Part shown: positions 45,946 to 61,811 of the stretch, one piece after another
How the letters are laid out: every line of letters starts with the position of its first letter
Position numbering within the stretch: position 1 is the stretch's first letter
NCBI GenBank assembly: GCA_964016885.1
Contig: OZ024744.1
Location: forward strand, 85,498,001 to 85,562,000
DNA: 64,000 nt
Reading direction: 5' to 3'
Origin: Eledone cirrhosa
Lineage: Eukaryota
Position numbers and translations under genes: made by a program
The notes under the pieces: generated by a model
What the model was told of the DNA's origin: nothing
Databases searched by the model: none
The model's input: the letters and a program-made list of their open reading frames with translations, nothing else

Positions 45946-46301
45946 CATTTATTTATCATATATACTAGTCTTTTCTATTTGTTTCTAAGCATGTTTACAG
46001 ACCAACTGTTTATTTTGTATATATTTCCTTGTATATAGAATATATTCTCATATTTTTTAAATCATATTTATCAGTATTCCTCTATTTATTTCTAAGTGTT
46101 TTTTTTTAGTACAACTGTCGTTATTTTATAGTTAAACCATATCCTCCATTGTGTACCGGTTAGGTGCGGGCTAGTCTGCCTATATCTGCATTGGACTAAT
46201 AGATTTGGACTGATAGAAACTTTATTAGAAGTTTACATTTTTTTTTTTTAGTACTCTGGTGCGTTATAGTCCACATAGTTCCATACCACACTTCCTTCGT
46301 A

Positions 46302-46454
<153 letters not shown>

Positions 46455-46459
46455 CGTGC

Positions 46460-46512
<53 letters not shown>

Positions 46513-46577
46513 TGTGTGTGTGTTTTGGAAGAAAAGAAATTGAAACAGCAACTGGAGTCTTTTAAGAATATCTATTT

Positions 46578-46615
46578 ACTTTACCGGTTTCACAGTTCTT
46601 ATGATTTTCAAAAGT
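46578..46615 (-). ncRNA. Hammerhead-like motif, U3-A8 core variant (degenerate copy)
   Basis: Reverse complement: actt-TTGAAAA-tcat aagaa ctgt-GAAA-ccgGTA-aagt; homologous to the 52818 and 59333 copies. Confidence 0.5.
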
Positions 46616-46739
46616 AAAATTGAGATGGAGCGTTTGTGTTTCTGTTGTTTCTATTGTTTCGGCGTTTGTGGTGTCGATAAAATAAAGTACCAGTAATACA
46701 CTGGCGTATTTGTTGGCCTTGTGTCAAAAGTAGAAACAA

Positions 46740-46770
46740 TTACTACTACTACTGTTGCTGCTGCTGTTGT

Positions 46771-46833
<63 letters not shown>

Positions 46834-46918
46834 CATTACCACTACTACTACCACTACTACTACCACTACTACTACTACCACTACTACCACCACCACCGCT
46901 ACTACTACTACTACTACT

Positions 46919-46980
<62 letters not shown>

Positions 46981-46982
46981 CA

Positions 46983-47043
<61 letters not shown>

Positions 47044-47337
47044 GACGACGACGACGATGACCACCACCACCACCACCACTGCTGCTACTACTACCACTAC
47101 TAGTAGTACTATTACTACTACCACAATCATCATGATCATCGTCATTTCCAACGCCATCATTATCACCTCCTTCACCACCACCATTACCACTATCATAACC
47201 ACCACCACCATCATCACGACTACCACCACCACCACCACCACCACCACCACCACCATCATCATCACCACCATCATCATCAACATCACCATCATGATCATCA
47301 TTATCATCACCATTACTATCATCAACATCACCACCAC

Positions 47338-47372
<35 letters not shown>

Positions 47373-47392
47373 CCATCATGATTATGATAATG
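46740..47392. repeat. (CTA)n/(CCA)n/(CAT)n compound repeat following a SINE 3' fragment (46666-46742)
   Basis: Directly visible. Confidence 0.95.
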
Positions 47393-47559
47393 TGAAAAAT
47401 GTTTTAAGTGACGCTGTAAACCCACTTGGGTATCGGCCCCCGAAGAATTGACAGCTGGGGGAGGGAGAAAGGACACCTGAAGTTTCCAGGTTTCCACTGG
47501 GGTCAGTTTGTTCTAACTACTTTTAGATTTATTAAGGAGCTCCTTAAAAGAAATCTGAG

Positions 47560-47998
47560 TGAAAGAGAGAGTGGTGAGGGAGAGAGAGAGGGAGCGAAGG
47601 AGAGGAGGTGGAGGGGGGTAGAGAGAGGGGTGAGTGAGAGGGAGGGAGAAAGTTTGAGAGATAGTGGGTGAGGGAGAGAGAGAGAGGGGGGAGAAAGAGA
47701 AAGAGTGAGATATATATATAGAGAGAGAGAGCGAGAGCGAGAGAGAGAGAAAGAGTTGGAGAGAGAGGGGGTGATGGAAAGAGAGTGAGTGAATGTGGGA
47801 GAGAGAGAGAGACTGGGTGAGGGAGAGAGAGTTGGAGAGAGAGAGAGAGAGAGAAGGAGAGAAAGAGTTGGTGAGAGAAGGGGGTGGGGGGAAGTTAGCG
47901 TGGGAAAGAGAGAGAAAGGGGGAGGGAGAGTTCGAGAGAGAGAGAGTGAGAGTTTGACAGAGAGAGAAAGAGAGAGAGAGAAGTAGATAGATAGATAG

Positions 47999-48051
<53 letters not shown>

Positions 48052-48421
48052 GAGAGTTGGAGAAGGAGAGAGAAATGGAGAGGGAGTGCAGAGAATGGTA
48101 ACGAGGATGTTTAGACAAGTTAGTTCACTCATGCATGTTTCTATGAAAATAAAAACATCAAAATACAACAAAATATGGGGCAGGTGGGGGTGGGGGTGTT
48201 GAGCAGTAAAGAAACTAAAGAAACAAGAAAAAAAAAAACACCAGAATAAAACAAAATGAAAAAAAAAAACACTACTTCAAGATAGGAAAATACATATTAA
48301 GAGGAGAAATACATCATACATACTTGTTTTAAAACTGGTCAACTATATATCATATTATCATGTTATCATATATATATATATACACACACACACATATATA
48401 TATATGTGTGTGTGTGTGCAC

Positions 48422-48473
<52 letters not shown>

Positions 48474-48488
48474 TTATCTATATCTATC

Positions 48489-48525
<37 letters not shown>

Positions 48526-48528
48526 ATG

Positions 48529-48609
<81 letters not shown>

Positions 48610-49160
48610 GTATATATATGTATAGTACATACCGTATGTTTAATTAAACACATTTAGAAGACCATACGCTATCAGTTTTAAAGCAGTCAATATGTCACTT
48701 ACTGCTTTTCGGCGAAAGAAGGGAGAGCCTAATATCATATATATATATATGAATTTGCGTGATATATATATATATATATTTTTATATATATCACGCAAAT
48801 TTTATTCTCTCTATCTTCTTTCGTTTTTCTTTCTCTCTCTCTCTCTTTCTTTTCTTCTTCTTTCTTTCCTTGTTTCTTTCTTTCCTTCTTCCTTTCCTTG
48901 CATGTCTCCTGTCTTTCTTATAATTTTCTTTCTTTTCCAACCTGTCTGTCTTTTATCATTTTTCATTTTATCTATTTCATTATTATTTCTTTCTCTCTTA
49001 TTTTCTTTGTTACTTTTTGTGTTTTCTCTATTATTCTCTTCCTAATTATCTTTCTTCCTTTCTTTCCTTCTTCCTATCTTTCTTTCTTTCTTTCTTTCTT
49101 CCAATCTATCTTTCTTTATTTTTTTATATCTATCTTTCCTTCCTTCTTTTTTTAGTTCCT

Positions 49161-49203
<43 letters not shown>

Positions 49204-49273
49204 ATCTATCTTTATTTATTTATTTTTATCTTTCTTTCTTTCTGTCGTTCCTTCTTTCTTTCTTTATATCTTC

Positions 49274-49344
<71 letters not shown>

Positions 49345-49424
49345 TTTTTTTCTTTCTCTCCTTCTATCTTTCTTTCTCGCTTGCTTGATTGATTTTATTC
49401 TTTCTCTTTACCACCTTCTTCCTT

Positions 49425-49464
<40 letters not shown>

Positions 49465-49790
49465 TCCCTATCTCTCTTTCTCCCCCTCTCTCTCTCTCTC
49501 TCTCGCTTGCTCTCTCTATCTTTCCCTCCCTCTATCGCTCTCCCTCTTCCCCTATCTCTCTCTCTCTCCCATTTACCCTCCCCTATCCTGTTTTACTTTC
49601 TATTTTCATTCTTTTTTTCTTCCCCTTCCCTTCTCTCTTTTTCCTTTCATCTTTTCTCTCTTCTTTTTTCCTTTTTCCATTGGTTTCTTTATGTCTTGTT
49701 TCTTTTATTTATTCTTTTTGTCTGTTTAACTATTTTTTCTTTTCTTTTTATTTCCTCCTTTCTTTCTTCCCTCCTCTTCTTTCTTCCCAA
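47560..49790. repeat. Low-complexity (GA)n, (TA)n and (TTTC)n/(CT)n tracts
   Basis: Directly visible. Confidence 0.9.
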
Positions 49791-49811
49791 TGAATATTAT
49801 TTGATGAATAA

Positions 49812-51385
49812 GGTGAATTGGCAGTATCGGTAGAGCGTCAGACACCATGCTTTACAGCACAGAGTTATGTCCCTTTACGCTCTGAGTTCAAATCCCGCCG
49901 AGGTTAACTTTGCCTTTCATCCTTACGGGATCGATAAAATAAAGTACCCTGGGTATTTGCTGGCCTTGTGCCAAAAGTAGAAACAATTATTTTATGAATA
50001 AAATCTCAGACTAATAAACCCAACAAATATGAACACATTTCTTAGATTAGCTGTTAGACAGATTGTAAAGGGCAGTAACTCAATATTACAAAACGTGTTC
50101 TCCGACGTTCTACCGATTCTGCCAATCCCCCACTGCTAATAATTGTTTCTACTTTTGGCACAAGGCCAGCAATGTTTCCAGTGTATTACTGGTACTTTAT
50201 TTTATCGACCCCGTAAGGATGAAAGGCAAAGTTAACCTCGACGGGATTTGAACTCAGACCGTAAAGGGACGTAACTCTATGCTGGAAAGCATGTTATCTG
50301 ACTCTCTATTGCACAAGGCCAGCAATTACTTTATTTTTTCCCGTAAGGATGAAAGGCAAAGTTAACCTCAGCGGGATTTGAACTCAGAATGGCAAGGGAT
50401 AATTGTTTCTACTTTAGGCACAAGGCCAGCAATTACCCAGTACATTACTGGTACTTTATTTTATCGACCCCGTAAGGATGAAAGGCTAAGTCAACCTCGG
50501 CATAATAGTAAATAATTGTTTCTAATATTGGCACAAGGCCAGCAATTACCCCAGTGCATTTCTGGTACATTAGAAGAGAGAGAAAGACAAACAGTGAAAG
50601 AGAAACGAGAGAAGTTATGAACCAAATAAATATATAAAGGATCGATCGACTTTCGTCAAATCGAACCGAGGAAACAATGTTTCCGTTGGTCTTTCCAGTT
50701 GCTAGTACTATCTATCGGTTGCAACTCCACGTAGAAGGAGCAACGTGAAATAAAGTGTCTTGCTCAAGGACATAACGCATCGACCGATCCAGGAATCGAA
50801 CTCACAACCTCAAGATTGTGAATCCAATTCTCTAACCACTCAGCCACACGCCTTCACTGAAAACTATACAATGAAATAACATAGTCCAAACACGGTGAGA
50901 GATAACTCAGATCAATCAAAACATTATATACATTTCTGAATGCCCAGATTAGCAAATGCAAAGGAGTTCCCAACAAAATAATTGTTTCTGATTTAGGCAC
51001 AAGGCCAGCAAATTTTTTTCAGGTGGTGGTGGTGGTGGTGGTGGTGGTGGTGGTGGTGGTGGTGGTGGTGGTGGTGGTGGTGGTGGTGGTGGTGGTGGTG
51101 GTGGTGGTGGTGGCGGCGGTGGGGATAGTCAATTAAATCGACCCTAGTGCATTACTGGTACTTTATTTTATAGACCCCGTAAGGATGAACGGCAAAGCTA
51201 AACTCAGCATGATTTGAACTCAGAACGTAAAGGGCAGTAACTCTCTGCCACGAAGAATGTTGTCCGATGCTCTACCGATACTGTTAATAATGGTTTCTTA
51301 TATAGGCACAATGCCAGCAATCTTGGGGGAGCGAAAAGTCGATTAAATCGACACCAGTGCGGGACTGGTACTTTATTTTATATTG
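49812..51385. mobile_element. Dense SINE cluster: one + copy (49812-49992), several - copies/fragments, a CORE-like copy (50700-50857) and a copy with internal (GGT)n (51023-51120)
   Basis: Repeated actggtactttattttatcgaccccgtaaggatgaaaggcaaag...gatttgaactcaga. Confidence 0.85.
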
Positions 51386-51644
51386 ACGCACAAACAGGTG
51401 GGTAGCGATCTCTAGACCTATCAGTTCAGAGAAAAATTGTCAGCAATGTCAATAAAGCCCTTATTGTATAGCAAACCATGTCACTCTTCTTTCTTGATTT
51501 ATTATTACTCCAAGTGTAAATTACATAGAAATCACCGCATACTCCCAGCATCACTATGGAAATGTCTTGTTGAGTCAAACTTAGCCAAGCGTTAATACTA
51601 CGCGGACTTCATCTCAGTGGACTACCTATAAGAATACTTTGTTA

Positions 51645-51684
<40 letters not shown>

Positions 51685-51714
51685 TAGATAGATATACATA
51701 TATATATATATACA

Positions 51715-51833
<119 letters not shown>

Positions 51834-51843
51834 ATATATGCAC

Positions 51844-51874
<31 letters not shown>

Positions 51875-52017
51875 ACGAAAGAGGTGTGGTAAGCAACTAG
51901 ATGGACCATAACGCGCCAGAAATAGTCCAGAAATAGCCGTCGAAACGGCTTGAGCTCTGCCGTCGGGGTTAAACATTAAGATATTTTTAGTGAAATTTTG
52001 AAAGCATTAATTTATTT

Positions 52018-52055
52018 ACAATACCGGTTTCAGCATTAAATGCATTGTCAATTGC
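52018..52055 (-). ncRNA. Hammerhead-like motif, U3-A8 core variant (second family)
   Basis: Reverse complement: gcaa-TTGACAA-t gcat tta atgc t-GAAA-ccgGTA-ttgt. Confidence 0.6.
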
Positions 52056-52199
52056 GGATATGCAGAATATTGTTAAGTTGTATATTTGTACAAATAATGA
52101 AGATAATGATAATAACAAGAAAAGAAAATATAAAGAGGGGAAGAAAAGTTAATTTTCACATACGTTTTTAGTCAGTCCATCCACCTCTGCTAATGTGTG

Positions 52200-52255
<56 letters not shown>

Positions 52256-52258
52256 CGC

Positions 52259-52303
<45 letters not shown>

Positions 52304-52672
52304 CGCGTGTGTGTGCGTGCGTGTGTGTGTGTGCGTGTGTGCGTGTGTGCGCGCGTGTGTGTGTGTGTGTGTACTAGGTAATTCCGAACGAAAACTAAAG
52401 GGGAAAAAAGAGTGTTCTACGTATAGAACAGGGCTATTTAATTAGAAAGTGAGACGTATATTAATATTGTCTGGGATCCAGAAACCTTTGGTAATGGAGT
52501 AGTTATATTTTGTGTGGTTCACTTTCTAACTATATATATATATATATGATGATTTCTAAAGAATGAAACAGTTCTAGTCCTGTAGAATCTCATCTATATT
52601 AAAACTTTTATACTCTGCAATGTATTGAGTACCTTACTTACTGTGGTTACCTCCGATTCAACCAGGAATAAC

Positions 52673-52736
<64 letters not shown>

Positions 52737-52817
52737 AAAAAGAGATGAAATCGAAAATGCAACTGGAGTCTTATTTATTTTTTTTTTTTTTTTTTAAATA
52801 TATATATTTATTTGGTT

Positions 52818-52855
52818 CCTTTACCGGTTTCGCAGTTCTTCTGCTTTTCAAAAGG
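52818..52855 (-). ncRNA. Hammerhead-like motif, U3-A8 core variant
   Basis: Reverse complement: cctt-TTGAAAA-gcag aagaa ctgc-GAAA-ccgGTA-aagg; lies between inverted arms ~52731-52817 and ~52885-52958. Confidence 0.7.
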
Positions 52856-53014
52856 TGAGTTGAGATGGAGGGTCTGTGGTTTTTAACCAAATAAATATAT
52901 ATTAAAAAAAAAAAATAAGACTCCAGTTGCATTTTCGATTTCATCTCTTTTTCTTTATACTTTCACTCGTGTAGGACACCTCGGTTATTTTTCATTTTGT
53001 AAAAAACACCTCAC

Positions 53015-53060
<46 letters not shown>

Positions 53061-53102
53061 ATGATATTAATAGTTGGAGACTATATTTATAAAGACATAT
53101 TC

Positions 53103-53161
53103 ATTCTATTATATATATTTCAAGGGTACCAAAACTTTGTTACGCTCTCATCAGATAAAAT
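53103..53161 (-). ncRNA. Type-I hammerhead motif (family linked to the PLE at 61812)
   Basis: Reverse complement: attttat-CTGATGA-gagcgtaacaaa gt tttggtaccctt-GAAA-tatatATA-atagaat. Confidence 0.7.
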
Positions 53162-53310
53162 ACAAAATTTGTTTTATAAATAAAGACATACCTAGGAATC
53201 GGACCTTAGCGGTTCATGTTCCGTTTGGATAGTAGATATATATATATTTGGATAGTATTGGAATTGAATAATCAAGACCGTAGCGGTATGTCATATATCA
53301 AATCATATAT

Positions 53311-53370
53311 TTTGTCTGATGAGGACGTACTGAAAAAACAACACAGGACCTTTGAAATATATATAATAAA
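53311..53370 (+). ncRNA. Type-I hammerhead motif (diverged, opposite orientation to 53103)
   Basis: tttgt-CTGATGA-ggacgtactg..caggaccttt-GAAA-tatatATA-ataaa. Confidence 0.6.
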
Positions 53371-53485
53371 GTATATATTTTGATTATAAGAATATTTTTC
53401 ATTTGTTAATATTTTGAATAATATATACAAACATATATATTTGTTCATATATATATATATATGTGTATATATTTGTATGTTCATG

Positions 53486-53519
<34 letters not shown>

Positions 53520-53568
53520 CGTGTCTAAGTGTGAATGTGTGTGAATGTGTGTGTGTGTATTTGTATAT

Positions 53569-53621
<53 letters not shown>

Positions 53622-53853
53622 CAAATATATATATATATATATATACACACATACATATATAAATACACACATAAACATACAAACACATACAACACATTCA
53701 ACACACATACATACACACACATACACACACACATATATATATATATTTATAGGTAAATGTGTGTCTGTGTCGCTGTGTATGTATTTATGTGTAAGTGTAT
53801 AAGGTGCAGCTCCACTGTCTTTCGACTTAGATCACTCACACTTACATACATAC

Positions 53854-53888
<35 letters not shown>

Positions 53889-53970
53889 CTTACTTACCTA
53901 TATGCATACATATATACACACTTACATACATATATACATACAGCCATACATACTTGCATGCATACATACA

Positions 53971-54004
<34 letters not shown>

Positions 54005-54249
54005 CATGCATAATACATATATACATGCATACCTGATGGCTTCCCCCTCGTTATCGAGTATGCCCATTGCATTAGAAATATATATATATATAGCAATAAT
54101 AATAATAATAATAACAACAATAATAATAACGACAACAACAACAATAATAAAATACATATATACACAAACACACACACGCACACACACATAAACATATCTA
54201 TACACACACACGATAGCAATTAACAGCATACATACATATATACATATAT

Positions 54250-54836
54250 GGTGGCTGCCAACTCGTTTTCGAGTACGGCCACTACTTTATATCCATGTAG
54301 GAGAACCCCTACCGATGCGCTGAACGAGTGTGACTTTTTAGTCCAGCCAGCGACTTGAAAACTCTGGTACAAACACTACACTTGTGACAATTATTGACAC
54401 ATAGTGCTGGGCACATAGTACCATGTGACGACAAGTGCAGAGAGATCTCCAGATATAAAGCATTGCCTGTGCCGTGAAGCTTTTATAGTGAGCAAAAGCA
54501 CTGCACAAAGCCAGTCCCACTCTCTTAACCAAGATGATATTTACCAAAAAGAAGGACAAGTCAAGATCATTGGATACCATCAAGGTTGCAGGTGTTATAT
54601 CAGAGTTTTCCTTCTCCTAGAATTCTGCCTTGACAAAGGCTAAGGGGTCATCTCTCCCGGTGATTCTGGATGACCATTGACTCTTTGGATGACCATTGAG
54701 CTCCTTTGCCCTTTGACAGGTTTTGTTTTTAGTCCTGCAGATGTCCAAAGTCACCCTCCTCACCAAGAAACCTAGGTGGGGTTGCCAGTTTAGTCGCCAA
54801 CGACCCGACCATGGGACAGGTTGTACTGGGATACAT
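54250..54836 (-). mobile_element. Non-autonomous internally deleted RTE-like element, copy 2 (lacks first ~27 nt)
   Basis: Reverse complement nearly identical to 10667-11244. Confidence 0.75.
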
Positions 54837-55161
54837 ATATACATATATACATTCATACATATATACATACTTATAAACACACATACATACATGCATACAT
54901 ACACACACGTATATGTATATATGTATATAAATATAAATAATATACATATATGTATGCATGTGATATATATATACAGACATTCATAACACAAACACATAGA
55001 GACGCATATATATATATATATATATATATGCAGAGGTTATATTTAATTTGTTGGGATTCAACAAGCTTTAAAATGTTTATAACTGATATAAAGCACTCAA
55101 CTGTAGTGGAGTAAATATACAATATATTAACAAATGGAAACTATATTTATAAGACCATATT

Positions 55162-55227
55162 TATTTTATTATACATATTTCAAGGGCCACCAAGTCAAAT
55201 TATGGTGCGCTTTCATCAGATAAAATA
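55162..55227 (-). ncRNA. Type-I hammerhead motif inside a 166-bp hairpin element (55115-55280)
   Basis: Reverse complement: tattttat-CTGATGA-aagcgcacca..tggtggccctt-GAAA-tatgtATA-ataaaata; perfect 8-bp stem I; flanked by perfect 38-bp inverted repeats. Confidence 0.78.
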
Positions 55228-55325
55228 CAATACAGATTAGTTTTATAAATATAGTTTCCATTTGTTAATATATTGTATATATATATGTGTGTGTGTGTGT
55301 GTGTTTATATATATATGTCTGTGTG

Positions 55326-55379
<54 letters not shown>

Positions 55380-55395
55380 AATATATATATATATA

Positions 55396-55488
<93 letters not shown>

Positions 55489-55925
55489 CACTGTGGATAT
55501 GTGTGTTTTCATGTAATATTTTAATTTATTCTTATTTTATTTTATCTTTCTTTATAATTTCCTTTAAGAGCAAAAAATAAATAAACAAAAAATAAAAAGA
55601 TGGATGAAATATTTAGGTGTTTATCAAGAGCGGAGATCCGCTTCATGTTTAGAGATCGCTCTGTCTCGGCACTTGATTCTCAACTTCATCTCGACCCTTG
55701 TGAACTACGCAGATGCCCTTCTGTCACTCATTATGATAAAACTAAGGAGATTATAAAAAAACTCAACGAACCGTAACAAACTTACGAAAATGGAAAAATA
55801 AAAGATCTAAAAATCAAATGAAATGAAATGAAGCTAATATTGGAGGAAAAAAAAAAAAAAAAGGCGTATGTATAATCATATACACGCAAGTATACACATA
55901 TATACATATACTGAGATACACATAC

Positions 55926-55973
<48 letters not shown>

Positions 55974-56012
55974 AGTATGTATGTATGCATGTTGTATGTA
56001 TGTGTGTATGAA

Positions 56013-56065
<53 letters not shown>

Positions 56066-56310
56066 ATATATATAAATATATGTGTGTGTCTGTATATGTG
56101 TGCGAATGTGTGCGTGTGCGTGTTGTGTTTGTGTGTGTGTGTGTGCGTGAGTGAGTGTGTGTGCGTGCGTGTATATACCTGCGTCTGTGTGTATGTGTAT
56201 GTGTATGTGTGTGTGTGCGTTTGTGTTTGTCTATATCTTGGTGCAGTAAACGATTACGAAATAAAAGCAGACGATAAGACTGTTAAACTAAAACAAAAAG
56301 AGAAAAGAAA

Positions 56311-56341
<31 letters not shown>

Positions 56342-56926
56342 AACAGAGAAAGAAAATCGTTGATTACTCAATATTTTTTGAATCCATGTTGAGAAGTGAA
56401 GTCAAAGCTAACACTTTAAAGCGTCCCCTAGATATTATCGTTGCATTAAAAGGCAATTTCCTATAGTGACCTTCGACGTTTTAAATTAATATAAATTAGC
56501 CTTCTGAACATTTAGCTGAAAAGTCTTTCTTTAAAACAAGTCTGACGACGGGAAAACTGAACTCAAATTTTCTTTAATCAGACAAGGGATAATGTAAGTA
56601 AAGTAAAAAAGAATGAAAACAAGAATAGATGGAAGAAAGAAACGAACGACAAAAGACAAAACAAAACAAATACAAACATCTAGTAAAAGAAATAATACGT
56701 ATAAACAAATGAAAAAAAACAAACAAAAAACAAAAATAAATAAATAAATGTCGATAGGATATATTGACTGTTTCATGTATGACCATTAGGAATTTAGTTG
56801 TGAGACGAAATCAGAGACGAGCAGAGTGGCAGGGGTGGAGAGTGGTAAGGGGCGAGATGATGAGGAGGTAGAAGAGGATGGAGGAGAAGGGGGAAATTAG
56901 GATGAGGAGGAGGAGGGGGAAGGGGG

Positions 56927-56995
56927 GAGAAGAAGAAGAAGAAGAAGAAGAAGAAGAAGAAGAAGAAGAAGAAGAAGAAGAAGAAGAAGAAGAAG

Positions 56996-57068
<73 letters not shown>
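56927..57068. repeat. (GAA)n(CAA)n compound microsatellite
   Basis: Directly visible. Confidence 0.95.
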
Positions 57069-57069
<1 letters not shown>

Positions 57070-57372
57070 GATGACGAAAATAATGAAGAAACAGGAAGGA
57101 GTGGGAAATGATCATGACTCGCGTTCAGAACTTTCATTTGAAATAAACTATTTAAATTATTTTCAAAACCGAAATTAGCATATGCACATAATTTAAAAAA
57201 AAAAAAAAAATGAATGAGATTTTATGAATCCGAGAATATTGATCGTTAGTAACATAAATAATATAATTATGATGTAATAAATTGTTTCGTTAATAACGAA
57301 ATTCATATTGATTTTTCTACAGCTGTTGATTGATTATATTGGAAAGGGATTCAACACTGATCACCAAATCTT

Positions 57373-57772
57373 AGAGTGCCAGACGCCATGCTTTGCAGCA
57401 TAGAGTTACGGCCCTTCATGATCTGAGTTCAAATCCCACTAAGGTTAACTTTGCCTTTCATCCTTACGGGGTCGACAAAATAAAGTACCAGTCACGCACT
57501 GGGGTCGATTTAATCGACTCACCCCACCCCCCAAAATTGTTGGCCTTGTGCCTAAATAAGAAACCATTATATCTAACGGCGGTGGATTCGCAGTATCAGT
57601 AAGGTGTCAGACACCATGCTTTGCAGCATGGAGTTACGGCCCTTTACGATCTGAGATCAAATCCTACCGAGGTTAGCTTTGCCTTTCATCCTTACGGCGT
57701 CGATAAAATAAAGTACCAGTAATGTACTGAGGTAATTTGATGGCTTTGTGCCAAAAGTAGAAACAATTATTC
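57373..57772 (+). mobile_element. Two tandem tRNA-derived SINEs (major family)
   Basis: Same motifs as the other copies. Confidence 0.85.
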
Positions 57773-57981
57773 TATTTAATGTGTCCTTTCTATCTCAAGT
57801 CTTGACTACAGAGAATTTGTTACTAATTCGTGCAGTACGAGAGACGTGATCGATTCTATAAACCACGGCATCTACTGTTTATATATGTGTGTGTGTGTGT
57901 GTAAGCAAGAGGCAAATGGAAATAACAAAGCAAGCAACACAGTACAATTGATATAGTACGCTTGATATAGTAGGAAAATAG

Positions 57982-58017
57982 TCTTAAAGTTTCAAGCGCT
58001 AGTCCTTCATCAGAAAA
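57982..58017 (-). ncRNA. Degenerate hammerhead motif, same family as 1439
   Basis: Reverse complement: tttt-CTGATGA-aggactagcgctt-GAAA-cttt-aaga; the downstream flank resembles 1480-1560 and also ends in (CA)n. Confidence 0.5.
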
Positions 58018-58686
58018 TATGATGAAAAATTAAAGAAGAAATAAAAAGATTGAGGAGACGGTTATTGGCAATAGATGGAACGACGTAAGTTCTACCGTCG
58101 AGCACTAACTTTTCAATATATATACACTTTACCTTCCCAAGTATCGAGTACGTAGCTGACTATAGTTTTATTACTCCAAATCTCTCTCGAACTCTCGAAC
58201 TCTCCCAATCTCTCTTAAGTCTATTGAGCTTACTTATTGAGAAACACAAAATTCTAAACATATTTGATATGTTTTGATTCTTTATTTGCTTTTAACAGCT
58301 CCAAACCTTTTAACTTGTTGAGTTCGGTGGTTATTTCTAGCGTAGTTATCTGCCACCTTGTGGATATATATTCGCCATGGGTTTAACGTGATTACACCAT
58401 GTGCTTCTCAGCACGACGATCGAGTTGGACTTAGCTGTAGATATTGATATTTAATCATAATCGATAGTTTGTCTTTGATGATCGATTACATAGATTGATT
58501 TTTCTTTGAACAAAGAACTTACTAGATCTAGAAAACTAAATGATAAAATCATATTATAAAATTAAATCAAATTATTTAGAACTACAAGTGAAGGCATTCT
58601 TTTCCTTTTTTTAAAATATACCCAACTGTACCAAGAATTTCTCACATTTCCAATATATATATATATATGTGTGCGTGTGTTTTTTT

Positions 58687-58788
<102 letters not shown>

Positions 58789-59056
58789 AATTCCAAAGGA
58801 AAAGCAAAGGAAAAAAGAGTGCTCTATGTATAGAACAGAGCTATTTAATTACAAAGTGAACGATCCAGACGTATATTATTATGTCTGTCATCCAGAAACC
58901 TTTCGTCCAGCAACCATCGTTTCATTTTTTCCGTTTATCGTGTTCGGTGCACCCGGTCGATTAACTCACTCGATATGCAAATTAGGCTGCTCAGCCGTTA
59001 ATATGCATAAGGAAAGTATATACTTTCAGACGTTCAACCATCTGGCAGGAAGGTAT

Positions 59057-59099
59057 ACGTTGCTGACGATAGCTAATAAGCTTGAAACTAGTACAGCGT
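59057..59099 (+). ncRNA. Type-I hammerhead motif
   Basis: acgttg-CTGACGA-t agct aata agct t-GAAA-ctaGTA-cagcgt; 6-bp stem I; palindromic stem III ACTAGT. Confidence 0.78.
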
Positions 59100-59332
59100 T
59101 CCTTTGTCAGTGTTCAACAAATGAGAAACGATGGTTGCTGGACACTACGGCTTAATTCGGGATGTTTGTTTGCAAACACACCGAGCATTATAATAAACGT
59201 ACATATATATATATGTGCATGTATGTATATATATATACATACTACTGTAGTCTGTATACATATATGTATGTACGTATAAATACTTATATTTATATATATA
59301 TATAAAAACCACAGACCCTCCATCTCAACTCA

Positions 59333-59370
59333 CCTTTTGAAAAGCAGAAGAACTGCGAAACCGGTAAAGG
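59333..59370 (+). ncRNA. Hammerhead-like motif, U3-A8 core variant
   Basis: cctt-TTGAAAA-gcag aagaa ctgc-GAAA-ccgGTA-aagg, inside a ~205-bp element (59303-59508) flanked by (TA)n. Confidence 0.7.
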
Positions 59371-59501
59371 AACCAAATAAATATATATATTTCTTTTTTA
59401 AATAAGACTCCAGTTGCATTTTCGATTTCATCTCTTTTTCTTTATACTTTCACTCGTGTAGGACACCTCGGTTATTTTTCATTTTGTAAAAAAAACCTTA
59501 C

Positions 59502-61581
<2,080 letters not shown>

Positions 61582-61625
61582 TACGAGTGGGTGTTTGCAT
61601 GTGTGTATAGGTATATGTGTATGTA

Positions 61626-61691
<66 letters not shown>

Positions 61692-61733
61692 ATGATATTA
61701 AATAAATGGCAACTATATTTATAAAACCATATT

Positions 61734-61794
61734 TATTCTATTATATATATTTCAAGGGTACCAAAATTTTGGTAAGGTATCATCAGATAAAATA
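61734..61794 (-). ncRNA. Type-I hammerhead motif in the inverted pLTR abutting the PLE ORF
   Basis: Reverse complement: tattttat-CTGATGA-taccttaccaaa at tttggtaccctt-GAAA-tatatATA-atagaata; same family as 53103 and 55162. Confidence 0.72.
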
Positions 61795-61811
61795 CGAAGT
61801 GTGTTTTATAA

